Below are positions 28,647 through 38,768 of a stretch of DNA of 64,000 bases, piece by piece. The notes under the pieces were generated by a model, which was given only the letters and a program-made list of their open reading frames with translations, was not told where the DNA came from and did no database searches. This DNA is from an uncultured Candidatus Rokubacteria bacterium (lineage in GTDB: Bacteria; Methylomirabilota; Methylomirabilia; Rokubacteriales; CSP1-6), in assembly GCA_963758635.1 (NCBI GenBank), contig CAVWWD010000008.1, positions 64,001 to 128,000 of the forward strand. Direction: 5' to 3'. Both the position numbers and the translations under genes were made by a program. Numbering within the stretch: position 1 is the stretch's first letter; the number at the start of each line of letters is the position of its first letter.

Positions 28647-30308
28647 AGCATTACGACGCGGTGGTGCTCGGCGGCGCGTTCTCGGGCGCGTCGGCCGCGC
28701 TCCTGCTCCGACGCGAGATGCCCGACGCCACCGTGCTCGTGGTGGAGCGCGCGCCCGCCTTCGACGCGAAGGTGGGCGAGGCCACCACCGAGATGTCCGC
28801 CATGTTCCTCACGCGGCGGCTCGCCATGTGGGAGCACCTCGAGCGCGAGCAGCTCCCCAAGGAGGGCCTCCGCTACTGGTTCACCAACGAGCGCGTGCGC
28901 GGCCACGCCGACGCCAGCGAGACGGGCGGCTTCCTGCGCAGCGCCATCCCCTCGTTCCAGCTCCGCCGCGACGCCCTCGACGAGCACCTGCTCGCCACCG
29001 CCGCGCGCGAGGGCGCGGAGCTGCGCCGGCCCGCGCGCGTGCAGGACGTGGAGCTGGGCGACTTCGACCACCGGGTCACCATCGACGGGCCCGACGGCGT
29101 GGAGACGGTGTCCTGCCGCTGGGTGCTCGACGCCACGGGCCGCGCCACCGTGCTCGGGCGCCGGCTCGGGATCATCGACCGGAACCGCGAGCACCCGACC
29201 GCCGCGGTGTGGGCGCGGTGGAAGAACGTGCGCCACATCGACGACGTGGCCGCGCGCGGCCCCGTGGCCTTCGCCCGGCGCGGCCTCGGCTCGCGGCGCC
29301 TCAGCACCAACCACTACATGGGCCTCGGGTACTGGGTGTGGGTGATCCCGCTCGGCAACGGCGAGACGAGCATCGGCGTGGTCTACGACACGCGGCTCAT
29401 GTCGCTGGCCGACGGACCGGAGCGCGAGCGCTCCTTCCGCGAGTTCCTCCTCGGCATCCCGTCCCTCGCCGAGCTGCTGGAGGGCGCCGAGCTCCGCACC
29501 GACGACCTGCGCTCGTACGCCTACCTGCCGTACGTCACCCGGCAGTACATGGGGCCGGGCTGGGCGCTCCTCGGCGACGCCGCCGCGTTCATGGACCCGT
29601 ACTACTCGCCGGGGCTGGATCACGCCGCGTTCACCGTGGAGGCCACGGTGGAGATCGTGAAGGCGGACCGGGCCGGGCAGGACGTGCGCGCGCGGATCGC
29701 CGAGCACAACGCGGTCGTTCGTGCGCTCGTACCACCGCTTCTTCCAGGCCGTCTACCGCGACAAGTACTTCTACATGGGCGAGCAGGACCTCCTCACCGC
29801 CTCGTTCCTGCTCGACACCGCGCAGTACTACCTGTTCGTGGTCATGCCCGCCTACAAGCTCTACGGGAAGTTCCACTGGATGCCGGTGCTCGGGCCGGGC
29901 GGGGCGGGGCTGAACTACGCGCTGATGAAGCTCTACAACCGCCGATTCAAGGCGCTCGCCCTCGCCCGCCGGCGCGTGGGCGAGGAGGGCCGGCGCAACG
30001 ACGGCCGCCGCGTGAAGCCGTACTTCGCGTTCGGCCTGGCGCCGCTGCGCATGGCCGCCCGCGGCCTGCGCTTCTGGGCCCTGGCCGAGCTGGACGGCCT
30101 GCGCCTCCTCCTCAAGCGACGCTGGGTGCGGGCCCCGGCCTCCGCGGAGGCCGAGCGCCTCGCGCGCGTCCGCCTCGCCCCGCTGACCCTCAGCGCCGGG
30201 CGCGCAGGAGATCCCGGATCTCGCCCAGCAGCTGCGCTTCCGCGGACGGAGGAGCGGGGGCGGGCGGCGCTTCCGGCTGCTCCCGGCGCAGGCGGTTCAC
30301 GCCCTTGA
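28643..30308 (+). CDS. Flavin-dependent halogenase-like FAD oxidoreductase (frameshift near 29715; true end probably near 30186)
   Basis: YDAVVLGGAFSG, KVGEAT, LPKEG, YWVWVIP (WxWxIP), GDAAAFMDPYYSPG; GTGA coupling to DinB. Confidence 0.85.
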
Positions 30309-30618
30309 CCACCACGAAGAGCGCCATCGCCACCAGCAGGAACGAGATGACCGTGTTCACGAAGAGGCCGACGGCCAGGACCACCGCGCCGGCGTCGCGC
30401 GCGGCCTTGACCGAGGCGTAGACGGCGCCGGTGGGATTGCGGAGCACGAGGAAGAGGTTGCTGAAGTCCGGAGCGCCGATCAGCCCGGACACGACGGGCA
30501 TCAGCAGGTCGTCGACGAGCGACTTCACCACCGCGCCGAAGGCGGCGCCGATGACGAGGCCCACCGCCATGTCGATCATGTTGCCCTTGATCGCGAACTC
30601 GCGGAATTCCTTGAGCAT
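30190..30618 (-). CDS. mscL: Large-conductance mechanosensitive channel
   Basis: MLKEFREFAIKGNMIDMAVGLVIGAAFGAVVKSLV...LLGEIRDLL; AAGGAG RBS. Confidence 0.97.
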   Translation of the reverse strand: MLKEFREFAIKGNMIDMAVGLVIGAAFGAVVKSLVDDLLMPVVSGLIGAPDFSNLFLVLRNPTGAVYASVKAARDAGAVVLAVGLFVNTVISFLLVAMALFVVVKGVNRLRREQPEAPPAPAPPSAEAQLLGEIRDLLRARR

Positions 30619-30728
30619 GAGGCGCTCCTTCCGCTGATGGGTGGAGCTGCTCGGGCCGCGGCGCTTGAGCGAGCAGGCCTTCGATCGTCGCGCCGGCCCC
30701 CCAGTTATCGGAGATGGGGCGGAGCGTG

Positions 30729-32130
30729 TCAAGCGAGGGAGGCGCACTGCCTTCGGCGGGGAGATGGACGGTCACGCGGCAGCCGTGCTCGCCCGTGTCG
30801 TCCCGTCGCGCCGGTCCGATCACGATGGCGCCGCCATGCGCCTCGGCCACGCGCCGGGCCAGGGTGAGCCCCAGGCCCACGCCGCCCGCGTCACCCGCGG
30901 CCCGTGCCGCGCGGGCCGCCGCGCCGCGATGGAACGGATCGAGCACGCGCTCGCGCTCCGCGGGCAGCGATGCCCGGGCCCTCGTCGTCCACCGAGATCG
31001 CGACCCGGTCGCCGTCGCGAATCGCGGACAGCGTGATCGGCGGCGCCCCGTACTTCGCGGCGTTCTCCACCAGGTTCCAGATGGCGCGGCGCAGGAGCGC
31101 CTCGTCGGCGTTGACGCTCACCGGCGCTCCCGGCGCCACGCGCGCCGGGCATCCGGCCGTGACCGGGTCCAGGCGCGCGCGCTCCACGAGGTCGTCGAGC
31201 AGCGTCCGGACGTCGACCGGGGCGAGGTGCGCGGGCAGCCCGGTGGCCTCCAGCCGGGCCGCGGTGAGGACGTCCTCGATCAGCCGCTCCAGCTCGGCGA
31301 GGTCGCGCTCGAGGTCGCGGATGCGGGCCTGGGCCTCGGGCGGGCGCGGGAGCAGCTCGAGGGCCACGCGGATCCGCGCGAGCGGCGACCGCAGCTCGTG
31401 GGAGACGTTGGCGAGGAGCTCGCGCTGGCTCTGCACCATGCGCTCCACGCGGGCGGCCATCTCGTTGAAGGCGCCGGTGAGCTGCGTCAGCTCCTCCGGC
31501 GCCCGCCCGCGGCGCCGCCAGCGCCCCACGGGCGGCGCGGGCGCCCGCGCCGCGAGGTCGCCCGCGCCGATGCGTCGCGCGGCCTCGGTGAGGCGCTCGA
31601 GCGGCCGCGAGATGCGCCGCGCGAGCGGCCGCGTCGCGGCCGCCACCAGGACGAGGACCAGGGTGACGATCAGCGCGGGCTGGAGGAACGCCGCCCAGCC
31701 GAGACGCCGATCGGCGGCGGCCTGGATCGTGCCGAGCACCTTGCCGGTGGCGGGATCCCGCACCAGGGTGGCCGCGGTCCACCGGGGCCGCGGACGGGCC
31801 ACGATGCCCCGCGACGAGAGCCTGGACGCCTCGTACCCGGCGAGCGGCGGCAGCTCGGGCCCGGCGGCGGCGACGACCCGGCCGTCCGGGGCGCGCACCG
31901 TGACGTCCACCGCGAGGTCCGCGCGGATCTGCTGGAGGCGCTGCCCGAGCGCGGCGGGGTCCTCGAAGCGCTCGGCGGCCAGCGACGCCACGTGGCGCAC
32001 CATGCGCTCCACCACGTCGCGCTGGAAGGCGCCGCGTGGTGCCCAGGGCGAAGACGAGGCTCGTGGCCAGCCCCACGACGACGAGCACGCCGAGGAAGTG
32101 CAGGTAGATGCGGGAGTGCAGGCGCGCCAT
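30729..32130 (-). CDS. HAMP-domain sensor histidine kinase (frameshifts near 32040 and 30960; end approximate)
   Basis: Two TMs, HAMP, ANVSHELRSPLARIR, NLVENAAKY, VDDEGPGI, GLGLTL. Confidence 0.88.
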
Positions 32131-32140
32131 GCGGGCCAGG

Positions 32141-32848
32141 CTAGCGCGCGTCCCGCATCAGCACGTAGCCGACCCCGCGCACCGTCCGGATGTAGCGGGG
32201 CTCCTTCGGGTCGGGCTCGATCTTCGCGCGCAGCCGCGAGATGTGCACGTCGATGGCGCGGTCGAAGGCCTCGTACTCCTGACCCTTCAGCGTGTCGAGG
32301 AGGTACTCGCGCGAGAGCACGCGGCCAGGGGCGCGCGCCAGCGCGGCGAGCAGGTCGAACTCGAAGTGCGTGAGCCGCTGCCGCAGGCCGCGCACCGAGA
32401 CCTCGCGGGCGTCGAAGTCGATCTCGAGGTCGCCCACGCGCAGGCGCGGCGTGCCGCCCGCGGGCGCGCGCGCGGCGCCGCGCCGGAGCACGGCGCGGAT
32501 GCGCGCGAGGAGCTCGCGCGGGTCGAAGGGCTTGGCGAGGTAGTCGTCGGCGCCGAGCTCGAGGCCCACGACCTTGTCCACGGGGTCGCCCTTGGCGGTG
32601 AGCATGACCACGGGCGTTCCCGCGAGAGCAGGGGACGCGCGCATCCGGCGGCACACCTCGAAGCCGTCGATGCCCGGCAGCATCACGTCGAGCAGCACCA
32701 CGTCGAACGGCCGCTCGCCGAGCAGGGCGAGACCGCGCTCCCCGTCGCGCGCCACGGTGACGTCGATCTCGTTCTTGCCGAGATACTCGGCCACCAGGGC
32801 GCCCAGACGGGCGTCGTCCTCGACGAGGAGCGCGGTCGTCTTGCTCAT
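32141..32848 (-). CDS. OmpR/PhoB family response regulator
   Basis: LLVEDD, LLDVMLPGIDG, GADDYLAKPF, RAIDVHISRLRAKIE, IRTVRGVGY. Confidence 0.96.
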   Translation of the reverse strand: MSKTTALLVEDDARLGALVAEYLGKNEIDVTVARDGERGLALLGERPFDVVLLDVMLPGIDGFEVCRRMRASPALAGTPVVMLTAKGDPVDKVVGLELGADDYLAKPFDPRELLARIRAVLRRGAARAPAGGTPRLRVGDLEIDFDAREVSVRGLRQRLTHFEFDLLAALARAPGRVLSREYLLDTLKGQEYEAFDRAIDVHISRLRAKIEPDPKEPRYIRTVRGVGYVLMRDAR

Positions 32849-32880
32849 GCGCGTTGGCGGTTGGTCACAAAGCCACCTCA

Positions 32881-32961
32881 GCGGTTGTTTCTACTTCATT
32901 TCCATATACGTTCACGCCTTCAGGGTTGGCGGTTGTATCCACTGCATTTCCATATACGTTC
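32881..32961. repeat. AT-rich direct repeat, 2 x 33 bp (period 48)
   Basis: GCGGTTGTTTCTACTTCATTTCCATATACGTTC (32881) vs GCGGTTGTATCCACTGCATTTCCATATACGTTC (32929), 30/33 identical. Confidence 0.85.
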
Positions 32962-32993
32962 GCCTCGCCTTCGGCTCAGCTCACCCGGCCAGG

Positions 32994-33443
32994 CTACTCG
33001 TGGCGATGGCGCCGCACGTAGTCGGCGAGCAGCCTGCGCTGGGCCGGCGTGAGCGCCTGGTGCGCGTCCGCCACCGCCTGGCTCACCGCGTCGCCGATCG
33101 CGCGATGGTCCGCCTCCGCGCTCTGCCTGAGCGCCGCGACGCGGGCCGGGTCCAGCGTGTCAGCCTCGAAGAGCGCCAGCACCTCCTCCTTGCGCGCCCC
33201 GCGGCTCCGATGGTGCTGCTCCACCGCCGCGAAGACCCGGTCGCGCGCGGCGTGGATGGCCGCGCGCTGCTCCGGCGTGGCCTGCGCGGCGTCGAGCGCG
33301 TCGTCCACCATGGCCACCGCCACGCGCTTCATGACGGCGTGGTGCACGCCCCGTCCGCCGTGACCCCACGCCAGCGCCCCCGCCCCGACCAGGAGCGTCG
33401 CCCCGAGGACCGTCCCGATTCCAATCACCATGCGTCGTGTCAT
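32994..33443 (-). CDS. Spy/CpxP-like periplasmic protein
   Basis: Signal peptide, ATPEQR and LTPAQR (LTxxQ) motifs, His-rich; AGGAGGAG RBS; upstream of RR/HK. Confidence 0.85.
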   Translation of the reverse strand: MTRRMVIGIGTVLGATLLVGAGALAWGHGGRGVHHAVMKRVAVAMVDDALDAAQATPEQRAAIHAARDRVFAAVEQHHRSRGARKEEVLALFEADTLDPARVAALRQSAEADHRAIGDAVSQAVADAHQALTPAQRRLLADYVRRHRHE

Positions 33444-33533
33444 CGCGTCTCCTCCTGTGAGTGGTGTCGCGGGCCGTTGGGCCCGCTCGCCTCGGAGGGT
33501 GCCGCGCGGACGTCGCGCTGATGTGTGCCGTTC

Positions 33534-33548
33534 GTGAAGAAGTGTAAC
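33534..33548. promoter_or_regulatory. CpxR-like direct-repeat box upstream of the cpxP-like gene
   Basis: GTGAA-N5-GTAAC resembles GTAAA-N5-GTAAA, about 90 bp upstream of the start. Confidence 0.45.
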
Positions 33549-33630
33549 GATCCCCCGCCCGCCTCCGGGAAGGCTTTTCTGGCCTGGGGCGGCGGCGGTA
33601 CACTGCGCGAGCGTGAAGGAGGCGACGACG

Positions 33631-34152
33631 ATGACATCACATGGCGACATCCGCGGGCGCGCCGTGGTCGTGCAGCCGGGCGAGGGGCCGTCCTTCTGGC
33701 AGCCCGTGCCGGCCAACGGGCACGCCGACCCTGCGCTCCACCCCGGCAACACCGGCTTCGGCGGCCTGTCCATGGGCTACCAGACCATCGCGCCCGGATG
33801 CCGGGTGCGCGAGCACTCGCACGGCGAGCAGGTGGAGATGCAGATCTGCTTCCGTGGCCGCGGACGCGTGGTCGTGGACGGCGCCGCGCATCCGCTGTCG
33901 CCGGGCACGGCGTGCTTCCTGGGCTACGACGTGAAGCACGAGATCCTGAACGAGGGCACGGACGACCTCGTGATGCTGTGGATCGTGAGCCCGCCCGGCC
34001 TGGAGCGGTTCTTCGAGGCCATCGGCCGGCCCCGGCGCGCCGGCGACGCGGCTCCCGAGCCCTTCGCCCGGCCCACGGACGTCGTGTCCATCGAGCGCGC
34101 GATGGGCATGAACGACACTCCGACTGCGCGCCGGGAGGGACCACTGCGATGA
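33631..34152 (+). CDS. Cupin domain protein
   Basis: VREHSHGEQVE, KHEILN cupin motifs; AAGGAGG RBS. Confidence 0.88.
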   Translation: MTSHGDIRGRAVVVQPGEGPSFWQPVPANGHADPALHPGNTGFGGLSMGYQTIAPGCRVREHSHGEQVEMQICFRGRGRVVVDGAAHPLSPGTACFLGYDVKHEILNEGTDDLVMLWIVSPPGLERFFEAIGRPRRAGDAAPEPFARPTDVVSIERAMGMNDTPTARREGPLR

Positions 34153-35042
34153 CACTCGGGTGTCACCTTCCCACGCAGGGCGCGGTCGCCACGCGGGAGG
34201 CGCTGCTGCGGTTCGCCGGGCGAGCCGAGGCGCTCCAGATGGCCTCGCTCTGGGTGAGCGATCACGTGGTGTTTCCGCGGAAGAACACCGGCCGCTACCC
34301 GGGCGGCCGCTTCCCGCACGCGCCGGACACGCCGTACCTCGAGCCCGTCGCCGTGCTCGCCGCCGCCGCCGTGTGCACCAGCCGGGCGCGCCTCGGCGCC
34401 TCCGTGTTCATCCTCGGCCACCGGAACCCGGTGGTGATGGCCAAGATGCTCACGACCATCGACACGCTCTCGGGCGGGCGCCTCATCTGCGGCGTCGGCG
34501 TGGGCTGGTGGCAGGAGGAGTTCGACGCGCTCGGCGTGCCGTTCGGCGACCGCGGCAAGCGCGCGGACGAGATGCTCGCCGTGTTCAAGGCCCTCTGGAC
34601 CATGGACAACCCGAGCTTCCAGGGCGAGTTCTACCGCTTCGCCGACATCGGCTTCGCGCCCAAACCCGTGCAGAAGCCGCATCCTCCCATCTGGGTCGGC
34701 GGCGACAGCCCGGGCGCGTTTCGTCGCGTGGCCACCCTCGGCGACGGCTGGCATGCCACCTCGAAGAGCCCGGCCGAGCTGGCCACGGCCCTGCCGCGGC
34801 TCCGCGCCGCCGCGGAGGCGGCGGGGCGCGCGCCCGAGAGCATCGAGCTGTCGATCCGCTTCGTGCTGCGACCCGAGGCGGTGGCGGGGCCGCGCCAGGC
34901 GCTGGTCGACGAGCTGGCCGGCTACAAGGCCCTCGGCCTCACCCACGTGGTGCTGGACTTCCGCCGCAACGATCTCGAGGAGATGCTCGACGTCCTCGAG
35001 CTGGTCGCCACCGAGATCCGCCCCGCGGTGGCGCGCGCGTAG
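34149..35042 (+). CDS. LLM class (probably F420-dependent) oxidoreductase
   Basis: LWVSDHVV, LSGGRLICGVGVGW..EF, PKPVQKPHPPIWVGG, GDGW; ATGA overlap. Confidence 0.92.
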   Translation: MTLGCHLPTQGAVATREALLRFAGRAEALQMASLWVSDHVVFPRKNTGRYPGGRFPHAPDTPYLEPVAVLAAAAVCTSRARLGASVFILGHRNPVVMAKMLTTIDTLSGGRLICGVGVGWWQEEFDALGVPFGDRGKRADEMLAVFKALWTMDNPSFQGEFYRFADIGFAPKPVQKPHPPIWVGGDSPGAFRRVATLGDGWHATSKSPAELATALPRLRAAAEAAGRAPESIELSIRFVLRPEAVAGPRQALVDELAGYKALGLTHVVLDFRRNDLEEMLDVLELVATEIRPAVARA

Positions 35043-35076
35043 CCCGCCGCGGGGACACCCCAAAGGAGACACGACG

Positions 35077-35535
35077 ATGCTCACCGTGGAGACGCCCCAG
35101 GACCTCGCGCAGCACATCGGCCAGAAGCTCGGACCGACCGAATGGCTCACCGTGGACCAGGCGATGATCGACAAGTTCGCCGAGGCCACCGGCGACCACC
35201 AGTGGATTCACGTGGACGTGGAGCGCGCCAAGCGCGAGATGCCGGGCGGCAAGACCATCGCCCACGGCTACCTGACGCTCTCCCTGCTGCCGCGCCTGGC
35301 CCCCACGCTCGTCAAGGTGCAGAAGCGGAGCCGCGGGGTGAACTACGGGTCCAACAAGGTGCGCTTCATCACGCCCGTGCCCGCGGGCGCCCGCGTGCGC
35401 CTGTCCCAGACGATCAAGAGCGTGGAGCCGGTGGAGGGCAACGGCGTGCGCATCACGTCGGAGATGGTGATCGAGGTCGAGGGCCAGCCGCGCCCCGCCA
35501 TGGTCGCGGAGACCCTCGGCATCTCCTACGCCTGA
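35077..35535 (+). CDS. MaoC family dehydratase
   Basis: FAEATGDHQWIHVD, IAHGYLTLSL, NYGSNKVRFITPV. Confidence 0.94.
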   Translation: MLTVETPQDLAQHIGQKLGPTEWLTVDQAMIDKFAEATGDHQWIHVDVERAKREMPGGKTIAHGYLTLSLLPRLAPTLVKVQKRSRGVNYGSNKVRFITPVPAGARVRLSQTIKSVEPVEGNGVRITSEMVIEVEGQPRPAMVAETLGISYA

Positions 35536-35540
35536 ACGCT

Positions 35541-35664
35541 CCCCTCTCCCCTCTGGGGAGAGGGCAGGGTGAGGGGCGGCGGCACGTTCTCGCGGCTTGT
35601 CGCCCCGGGGAGCCTCGTCAACCGCCCCTCACCCCGACCCTCTCCCCGAGAGGGGAGAGGGGGG
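35541..35664. repeat. Inverted pair of REP-like elements between convergent genes
   Basis: 35541-35576 CCCCTCTCCCCTCTGGGGAGAGGGCAGGGTGAGGGG and 35625-35664 CCCCTCACCCCGACCCTCTCCCCGAGAGGGGAGAGGGGGG. Confidence 0.85.
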
Positions 35665-35667
35665 CGG

Positions 35668-36339
35668 CTACGCGAGGTGCTGGGCGAAGAACTCCATCGT
35701 GCGCTGCCGGGCGAGCTTGGCGCTCGGCTCGTGCCAGCTCCCGCGCTCGTCGCAGTTGAAGCCGTGCCCGGCCGGATAGATGTGCTGCGGGATCTCGGGG
35801 TGCGCCTTCTTCACGGTCTCCCAGTGGTCGGCAGGAATGGACGCGTCGGTCTCGCCGAAGTGGAGCAGCACCGGGCACTTCGGCTTCTCGTTCGCCGCCG
35901 CGGCCACGCCGCCGCCGTAGTAGGGCACGGCCGCCGCGATCCCGTCGATGCGCGTGGCGGCGAGCCACGCCATCGTCCCGCCCAGGCAGTAGCCGACCAC
36001 GCCGACCTTGAGGCCCTCGCTCTTGAGCTGGGTCACCGCCGCCTTCACGTCCATCACGAGCTGGTCGAGGTCGCACTTGCCGCGCGTGGCGCGCCCGCGG
36101 TCGATCTCCTCCTGGCTGTAGCCGGTGTCGTAGTCGCGCTCGACCCGGTCGAAGATCGCGGGGGCGATGGCGACGTAGCCGTCGGCGGCGAAGGCGTCGG
36201 TCACCCGCTTCATGTGCTTGTTGACGCCGAAGATCTCCTGGATCACCACGAGGCCCTTGGCGACCTTGAAGGACGGATCGGCCCGGTAGGCGCCCAGGCG
36301 AAAGCCGTCGTCGGCGGTCAGCGTGATCATCGTGCCCAT
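35668..36339 (-). CDS. Dienelactone hydrolase family protein
   Basis: VIQEIFGVN, GYCLGG, HFGETD, AGHGFNCD. Confidence 0.94.
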   Translation of the reverse strand: MGTMITLTADDGFRLGAYRADPSFKVAKGLVVIQEIFGVNKHMKRVTDAFAADGYVAIAPAIFDRVERDYDTGYSQEEIDRGRATRGKCDLDQLVMDVKAAVTQLKSEGLKVGVVGYCLGGTMAWLAATRIDGIAAAVPYYGGGVAAAANEKPKCPVLLHFGETDASIPADHWETVKKAHPEIPQHIYPAGHGFNCDERGSWHEPSAKLARQRTMEFFAQHLA

Positions 36340-36485
36340 CTGTGGTCCTCCTGTTTGGGGTGTGAAGGAATGCGGATCTCGGCTTCAGCGAGCGGTCCCC
36401 GCCAACACCGCGCGTCTGCGGACATGCGGCGTGCCATCTCGCCATTCGTTCCCGATCTCCTGTGTGGGGTTCGTGACGACGCCGC

Positions 36486-37316
36486 TCAGGCGGGCGTCCG
36501 CGCCGTGAACACCGTGATCGGGTAGCAGCACCAGTAGTCGGGGCTCTTCAGGACGGACCGGGGCGAGTCGGCCTCGCAGAGGACGTTGCGCCGCTCCCAG
36601 TCGGCGGGGCCGAGCTCCTCGCGGAGGCGCTCGCCCCAGTTGCGATCGAAGACGCCCTGGATGTAGGCGCGCGCCGGCTCGGGGAGCGGGGCCCGGCGCA
36701 CGGCCAGGTAGGTGCGGAGCGTCACCGGCCCGAGGCCGGCCTCGCGCAACGACTCCGGCGTGCGCTGGCGCCGTTCCTGGAACGACCGCTCGCCGGCCTC
36801 CGCGCGGCTCCGCGCGATCTCGGCTTGCTGCAGGCGCTTCTCCAGCTCCGGGTGCCCGGGCAGGAACATGGCGGGCAGCGCCTGCGACTCCTTGATCACG
36901 ACGAGCCCGCCCGGCCGGCACACGCGGATCATCTCCTTGAGCGCGCCCTGGGTGTCCAGGATGTGGTGGAGCACGTCGCCGCACCAGACCCAGTCGAAGC
37001 TGCCGTTCGCGGCCTCGAGGGCGGTGCCGTCGCCGGTGCGGAAGTCGAGCCGGTCCGCCGCGGCCGCCCCGGCCACGAGGGCGCGCGCCGCGTCCACGCG
37101 CTCGGCGGTGGGCTCGATGCCGGTGACGCGCCCGGCCGGTCCCACCGCCTCCGCGAGCCAGAGCGCGTAGAGCCCCACGCCGCAGCCCACGTCGAGCCCG
37201 CGCGAGCCCGCGGGGAGCGCGAGGTCGGCGATGAGCGCGCGGGCCTCGGGCTCCTGGAAGCGGTTCATGCGCTCGAGGGACCGGGTGAAGGGCTCGGGGG
37301 CCGGCGCCGCGCTCAC
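36486..37316 (-). CDS. Class I SAM-dependent methyltransferase (start uncertain)
   Basis: GLDVGCGVG, SFDWVW, RVCRPGG; GTG 37316 chosen. Confidence 0.88.
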   Translation of the reverse strand: MSAAPAPEPFTRSLERMNRFQEPEARALIADLALPAGSRGLDVGCGVGLYALWLAEAVGPAGRVTGIEPTAERVDAARALVAGAAAADRLDFRTGDGTALEAANGSFDWVWCGDVLHHILDTQGALKEMIRVCRPGGLVVIKESQALPAMFLPGHPELEKRLQQAEIARSRAEAGERSFQERRQRTPESLREAGLGPVTLRTYLAVRRAPLPEPARAYIQGVFDRNWGERLREELGPADWERRNVLCEADSPRSVLKSPDYWCCYPITVFTARTPA

Positions 37317-37399
37317 CGCGAGGACCTGCTCTCTGGACGCTCGGGGCCGCGCCACCGCGCTCGGCTCACCGCGAGGACCTGCTCTCTGGACGCTCGGGG
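37311..37399. repeat. Perfect direct repeat, 2 x 36 bp separated by 17 bp
   Basis: GCTCACCGCGAGGACCTGCTCTCTGGACGCTCGGGG at 37311-37346 and 37364-37399. Confidence 0.9.
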
Positions 37400-37418
37400 T
37401 TGCTCAAGTGCGCTCGGT

Positions 37419-38675
37419 TCACAGCGAAATCGCTCCGACCTCGACGGCCGAGCGGTCGCCCCCGATCACCACGATGCCCTCCTCCGACACGTGGTAGCGC
37501 TTCCGGTCCTCCGCGAGGTCGAAGCCGATGATGGCGTCCTCCGGGATGCGCACGTTCTTGTCGAGGATGGCCCGGCGGATGCGCGCGCGCCGGCCGATGT
37601 CGCAGTTGTCGAAGATGATCGAGTCCTCCACGACCGCGCCGGAGTGCACGCGCACCCAGCGCGACAGCACCGAGTTGCGCACGAGGCCGCCGGACAGGAT
37701 GCAGCCGCCGGACACGACCGAGTCGATGGCCTGACCACGGCGGTCTGTCGTCGTCGAAGGCGAACTTCGCCGGGGGGTCCGCGTAGCTCGCCGTGCGGAG
37801 CGGCCATTGCTTGTTGTAGAGGTTCAGGGCAGGCGAGACCGCGCGCAGGTCCATGGTTGGCCTCGTAGTAGGCGTCGATGGTCCCCACGTCGCGCCAGTA
37901 CGCCTCCTGGCCCGGGGGCTCGCCCGGGATCGGGTTGGTCTGGAAGTCGTACGCGAACATCGCGCTGCGCCCGACCAGCGACGGCAGGACGTCGCGCCCG
38001 AAGTCGTGGCTGCTCTGGGGCTCCGCGGCGTCGCCGTACACCTCGCGCAGCAGCGTCCGCGTCGAGAAGACGTAGTTGCCCATCGACGCGAGCACGCGCT
38101 CGGGATCGCCGGGCATGCTCGGCGCGTCGGCCCGCTTCTCGTGGAAGCCCACGATGCGGCCGTCCGGCGACGTCTCGATCACTCCGAACTCGGCGGCGTG
38201 CCGGCGGTCGACCGGGATGGCCGCCACCGTCACCTCCGCCCGCTTGCGCCTCGTGGAACTCGATCATGTGCCGGATGTTCATCCGGTAGATGTGGTCGGC
38301 CCCGAAGATCGCCACCACGTGGGGATCCGCCTGCTCGACCAGGTTCACGTTCTGGTAGATGGCGTCGGCGGTGCCCTGGTACCAGGTCTCCTGCGGCGAG
38401 CGCATCTGCGCGGGCACCGGGATGATGAACTGGCTCTTGAGGAGCCCGCCCATCTGCCAGCCGTCGGACAGGTGCTGCAGCAGGGACTGGCTCTTGAACT
38501 GCGTCAGCACGTAGATCGAGTGGATGCCGGAGTTGACGAAGTTGGACAGGACGAAGTCGATGATCCGGTACTTGCCCCCGAAGGGCACGGCGGGCTTGGC
38601 CCGCTCCCGCGTCAGGGGATACAGACGCGTCCCCTTGCCGCCGGCGAGAACGAGGCCCAGGACCCGGAGCTGCAT
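37419..38675 (-). CDS. glgC: Glucose-1-phosphate adenylyltransferase (3 or more indels)
   Basis: [53 protein letters not shown]-terminal beta-helix; spread over four ORFs. Confidence 0.95.
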
Positions 38676-38768
38676 GGATGGGGCGATCTTACCGCCTTCG
38701 CGGCTGCCGTGGAAGCACGGGGCTGGCGCCTCCCTTTGGTAAGCTGTCCGCGCTGCCTGGTGGAAGCG

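Noticed and set aside
28103..30421. Apparent DinB-halogenase fusion (772 aa)
   Set aside because: Produced by an indel near 28345; the corrected DinB stops at 28646 with GTGA coupling.
32881..37399. CRISPR arrays at the 33-bp and 36-bp direct repeats
   Set aside because: Only two units each with 15-17 bp gaps; kept as ordinary repeats.
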